The notes below the pieces were generated by a model, which ran no database searches, was not told the DNA's origin, and saw only the letters and a program-made list of their open reading frames with translations. A stretch of 55,679 nt of DNA from Acidimicrobiia bacterium (GTDB taxonomy: Bacteria; Actinomycetota; Acidimicrobiia; Spongiisociales; ZC4RG35). Both the position numbers and the translations under genes were made by a program. The stretch spans positions 1-55,679 of the forward strand of contig JBFHRE010000003.1 of NCBI GenBank assembly GCA_041591895.1. The letters run 5' to 3'. Below, piece after piece: positions 53,165 through 55,679 of the stretch; within the stretch, counting starts at the first letter, position 1; every line of letters begins with the position of its first letter.

Positions 53165-54484
53165 TCAGCCGAGAGGCTGGGCGGCCGGCCCCCGGCCGGA
53201 ATACGGGCACCCGTCCCAGCCCGGGACGTGGTACAGCCACGGGTCAACGGCCCACTGTGGGAGTTCGGGGCCGCGGCGGCCCTTGAACTTGGGATCGGTG
53301 GATGTGAACCGGGGCAGGATCGGCACCTTGACCTGGTCGTTCACGGCGTCGTTGAAGTTCGTGTTGACGACGGCCCACGGGCTCCAACCACCCCATCCGG
53401 CGCCGGTGCGCCGCTGATAGAAGAAGTAGTTGGCGGCTGCGTAGGCGTTGTCGACCGGGTCGAACTTGGACAGCCCCGGGCCGCCAAAACGCCGCATCTC
53501 GGAGTTGCCCATTTGGAACAGCCCTCCGTACCCCCACGGGTTGTTGCCCGACACCGCATGCCCTGCAAACCCGAGAGACTCGCAGTACGCCACCACCACC
53601 GCCTCCGCACCCACCTGGTCCGCCAGGCTCTCGAAGCCCCAGGTTCCGGCGCCGTCCCAACGCCGACTACTGGTGGCGGGTTCCGTTTCAAGGCCTTCGA
53701 CACGAGCCAGGCAGTCGAACAACGTGTGGATCATCTGTGCGATTCCATTCCTCCCGATGGAGAGATCGATCTCGCGCGCCTCCATGTAGCAGCCGCGTGC
53801 ATCGGTCGGACGGGGTCGGTTGACCACCGGTGGGGCTGCGGCCGGGAGCCCTCCGGTTGCGAGCGCTGAGACCGCAAACGAGTCGAGCCACAGGGTGGGC
53901 TTTCCGAAGTCCGCGGCCGGCGCGGTCGTTTCCGTGGACGGCTGAGGCGCTTCGGAAGTCGTGGCAGCGAAGGAAACCTGGTGGAGGTCGTCCGGCAACA
54001 CCGGGACGGCGACCACGACGCCTTCGTCATTGAGCATGAACGCCAATTCCTTGGGCTGGGCCTCGACCCCTGCTTCGGCTCCGGCGGCAGTCACAGCAGA
54101 GAGGCCGACATGCATCATCGCCGAACTCCCGTCAGGGTCCGGCCGATCGGCTTCCGCGAGCTCAACCGGCTGGAGGGTCGTCGATTCGACCGTCGGTTCG
54201 ACGTCCGGAATCGTGAACGTCCGTCGAGCCTCACCGGCCACCCACGAGTCGGTGTCTGGAGGCTCCGTCGCCACGCTCGACATTCCCACACCACCCAAGA
54301 CGAGTGCAAGGGTGGTGACGGCCAGGACGTGTTGAACCAATGCCCCGGGAGCGGCGCGATGCCGCCCGCGCCGGCCAGGAGACGACGTGGGAATCCAGTT
54401 TTCGTTCATCAGGCTTCGGCAGATGTATCGGCGCCTGCGAGGCAGATCTGGAGCGAGATGCGTTCCCGCGCGTCTCGTCGGCAT
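53165..54484 (-). CDS. Membrane-anchored/exported protein with divergent C-terminal lysozyme-like (SLT/Rpf-like) domain
   Basis: TM segment, long P/T/A/E-rich linker, 'VAYCES...GGLFQM...DPVDNAYAA...GWSPW'. Start uncertain (54484 or 54409). Confidence 0.65.
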   Translation of the reverse strand: MPTRRAGTHLAPDLPRRRRYICRSLMNENWIPTSSPGRRGRHRAAPGALVQHVLAVTTLALVLGGVGMSSVATEPPDTDSWVAGEARRTFTIPDVEPTVESTTLQPVELAEADRPDPDGSSAMMHVGLSAVTAAGAEAGVEAQPKELAFMLNDEGVVVAVPVLPDDLHQVSFAATTSEAPQPSTETTAPAADFGKPTLWLDSFAVSALATGGLPAAAPPVVNRPRPTDARGCYMEAREIDLSIGRNGIAQMIHTLFDCLARVEGLETEPATSSRRWDGAGTWGFESLADQVGAEAVVVAYCESLGFAGHAVSGNNPWGYGGLFQMGNSEMRRFGGPGLSKFDPVDNAYAAANYFFYQRRTGAGWGGWSPWAVVNTNFNDAVNDQVKVPILPRFTSTDPKFKGRRGPELPQWAVDPWLYHVPGWDGCPYSGRGPAAQPLG

Positions 54485-54597
54485 GGATTCCCCACCTTCG
54501 GTCGTCGGCCCCACCACCCCCGGTAGGGAACACGACAATCAAGCAGCCCGGGCGGTCGAGGTCTAGAGGCGAATCTGCCCTAGTCGACGGACCGGCC

Positions 54598-55679
54598 TCA
54601 GCGGAGGATCGCCGCCGACCTCGGAGGAATGGAAGCGCCGCCAGGAGCCGGTGTCGCATCCCCCCATGCGACCACCGAGAAGGGCACGTCGAAATAGACC
54701 GGTCTCGAACCGGCGTTGATCGCGACCAGGATCCTGGACCTCCCGTTGCCGCGGGCGAACACAACGGCATCCGCCTTGGCCGCCACCCCCACGAATTCGC
54801 CCTCGCGTAGGGCGCGGTATGTGCGCCTCAGTCGGGTGACCTCTCGAATGAGTTCGCTCACCGGGTGCGAGGCAGGTGGTGCCGCCGGGAACGGGTCCCG
54901 ACAGTCGGGATCGTCACCTCCGACCATTCCGATTTCATCGCCGTAGTACAACCCGGGAGCGCCGGGATACGTCAGCTGGAACAGGGTGGCGAGGCGAAGT
55001 CTCCAGACGTCGCCCCCGGCCTCGGTCAAGAACCGAGGGGTGTCATGACTCCCGATGAGGTTGTGGTTCACGAGCGTCGTCTCCTGGCCATACATATGGG
55101 CCAGGGCCGTCGCTCGCTCGAGAAACACCTGTCCGTCCACCTCACCACGAGCGAAGAACGACAGACACAGGCTCCGGAACGTGTAGTTCATCGTGGCGTC
55201 GAACCGATCACCCTGGAGCCAGTCGCCGACGTCACCGAAGATCTCCGCGACCAGGTATGCGTCGGGGTTTGCCTGCTTGACGGTCTCCCTGAAGGCGTTC
55301 CAAAAGTCGGGATCGACGTACCGGGCCACGTCCATCCGCCAGCCGTCGATTCCGTATTCGTCGATCCAATGCCGAGCGACCGAGAGCATGAAATTCCTGG
55401 CGTCGGGGTTCGACAGATCCACCCTCGGCATGGTGGGCACCCCGTACCACGCCTCGTAGGTGGTCTCCACCGGCGGCCCGGGGGTGTCGACCGTTTCCAC
55501 CTCGATCCCGGTCTGCTCCTGCCACACAGGAATCCAAGCCTTGCTCCAGTGTCCGCGGCGTGGGCGGACCCTCACCTTGATCGGCCATTCGTCGACGGTG
55601 AACCAGTCGCGGTACTCGGAGCGCTTTCCCCGTCGGACCAGATCGGCGAAGGCGAAGAAGCGGGGATGAACGTGGTTGA
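54598..55679 (-). CDS. GH13 neopullulanase/cyclomaltodextrinase-like alpha-glycosidase, 5' end outside the window
   Basis: Frame is open to the window edge ('NHVHPRFFAFADL'); catalytic regions 'DGWRMDVA', 'VAEIF', 'GSHDTPR', 'YYGDEIG'. Confidence 0.92.
   Translation of the reverse strand, partial: NHVHPRFFAFADLVRRGKRSEYRDWFTVDEWPIKVRVRPRRGHWSKAWIPVWQEQTGIEVETVDTPGPPVETTYEAWYGVPTMPRVDLSNPDARNFMLSVARHWIDEYGIDGWRMDVARYVDPDFWNAFRETVKQANPDAYLVAEIFGDVGDWLQGDRFDATMNYTFRSLCLSFFARGEVDGQVFLERATALAHMYGQETTLVNHNLIGSHDTPRFLTEAGGDVWRLRLATLFQLTYPGAPGLYYGDEIGMVGGDDPDCRDPFPAAPPASHPVSELIREVTRLRRTYRALREGEFVGVAAKADAVVFARGNGRSRILVAINAGSRPVYFDVPFSVVAWGDATPAPGGASIPPRSAAILR

Noticed and set aside
54485-54597. c-di-AMP (ydaO) riboswitch upstream of the cell-wall enzyme genes (also 31522-31820)
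   Set aside because: Conserved ydaO segments are not recognisable by eye; an Infernal scan would be needed to exclude it fully.
55575-55679. Truncated or frameshifted GH13 pseudogene
   Set aside because: The same frame stays open to the window edge and contains conserved region I (NH); the gene simply starts outside the window.

Overview
A 55.7-kb, high-GC, gene-dense chromosomal window. Gene content and promoter style suggest an actinomycete, probably Acidimicrobiia-like; this is inference, not a database result. It holds about 55 CDSs, mostly housekeeping or accessory metabolism: MFS/ABC transporters, idi, deoD, maf, msrA, glgX/glgC/glgB, a GH13 enzyme cut by the window edge, a 2-oxoacid dehydrogenase E1 alpha/beta pair, a form II CoxL-like molybdoenzyme, S8 and S41 proteases, two lysozyme-like secreted proteins and three orphan histidine kinases. 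I saw no rRNA, tRNA, CRISPR array, transposase or integrase. The most notable observations are: (1) a two-gene cassette at 9202-10088 behind a perfect LexA box, encoding a coiled-coil plus Cys/His, possibly ADP-ribosyltransferase-like protein coupled to a 37-aa Pro/Glu-rich peptide; (2) an 8-gene sulfur-relay locus at 44562-53155 (DsrE-TusA-FeS/NrfD fusion-Tat-less Mo-bisPGD enzyme-TorD-like, divergent from ArsR-rhodanese/persulfide dioxygenase-TauE) with two matching palindromic operators; (3) a modular REP-like palindrome family in three different arrangements; (4) a sigma28/WhiG-like promoter motif upstream of all three orphan kinases; (5) a 15-bp tandem repeat giving the CoxL-like gene five in-frame SD+ATG starts. 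All functional calls come from motif recognition by eye, and start codons are best estimates.
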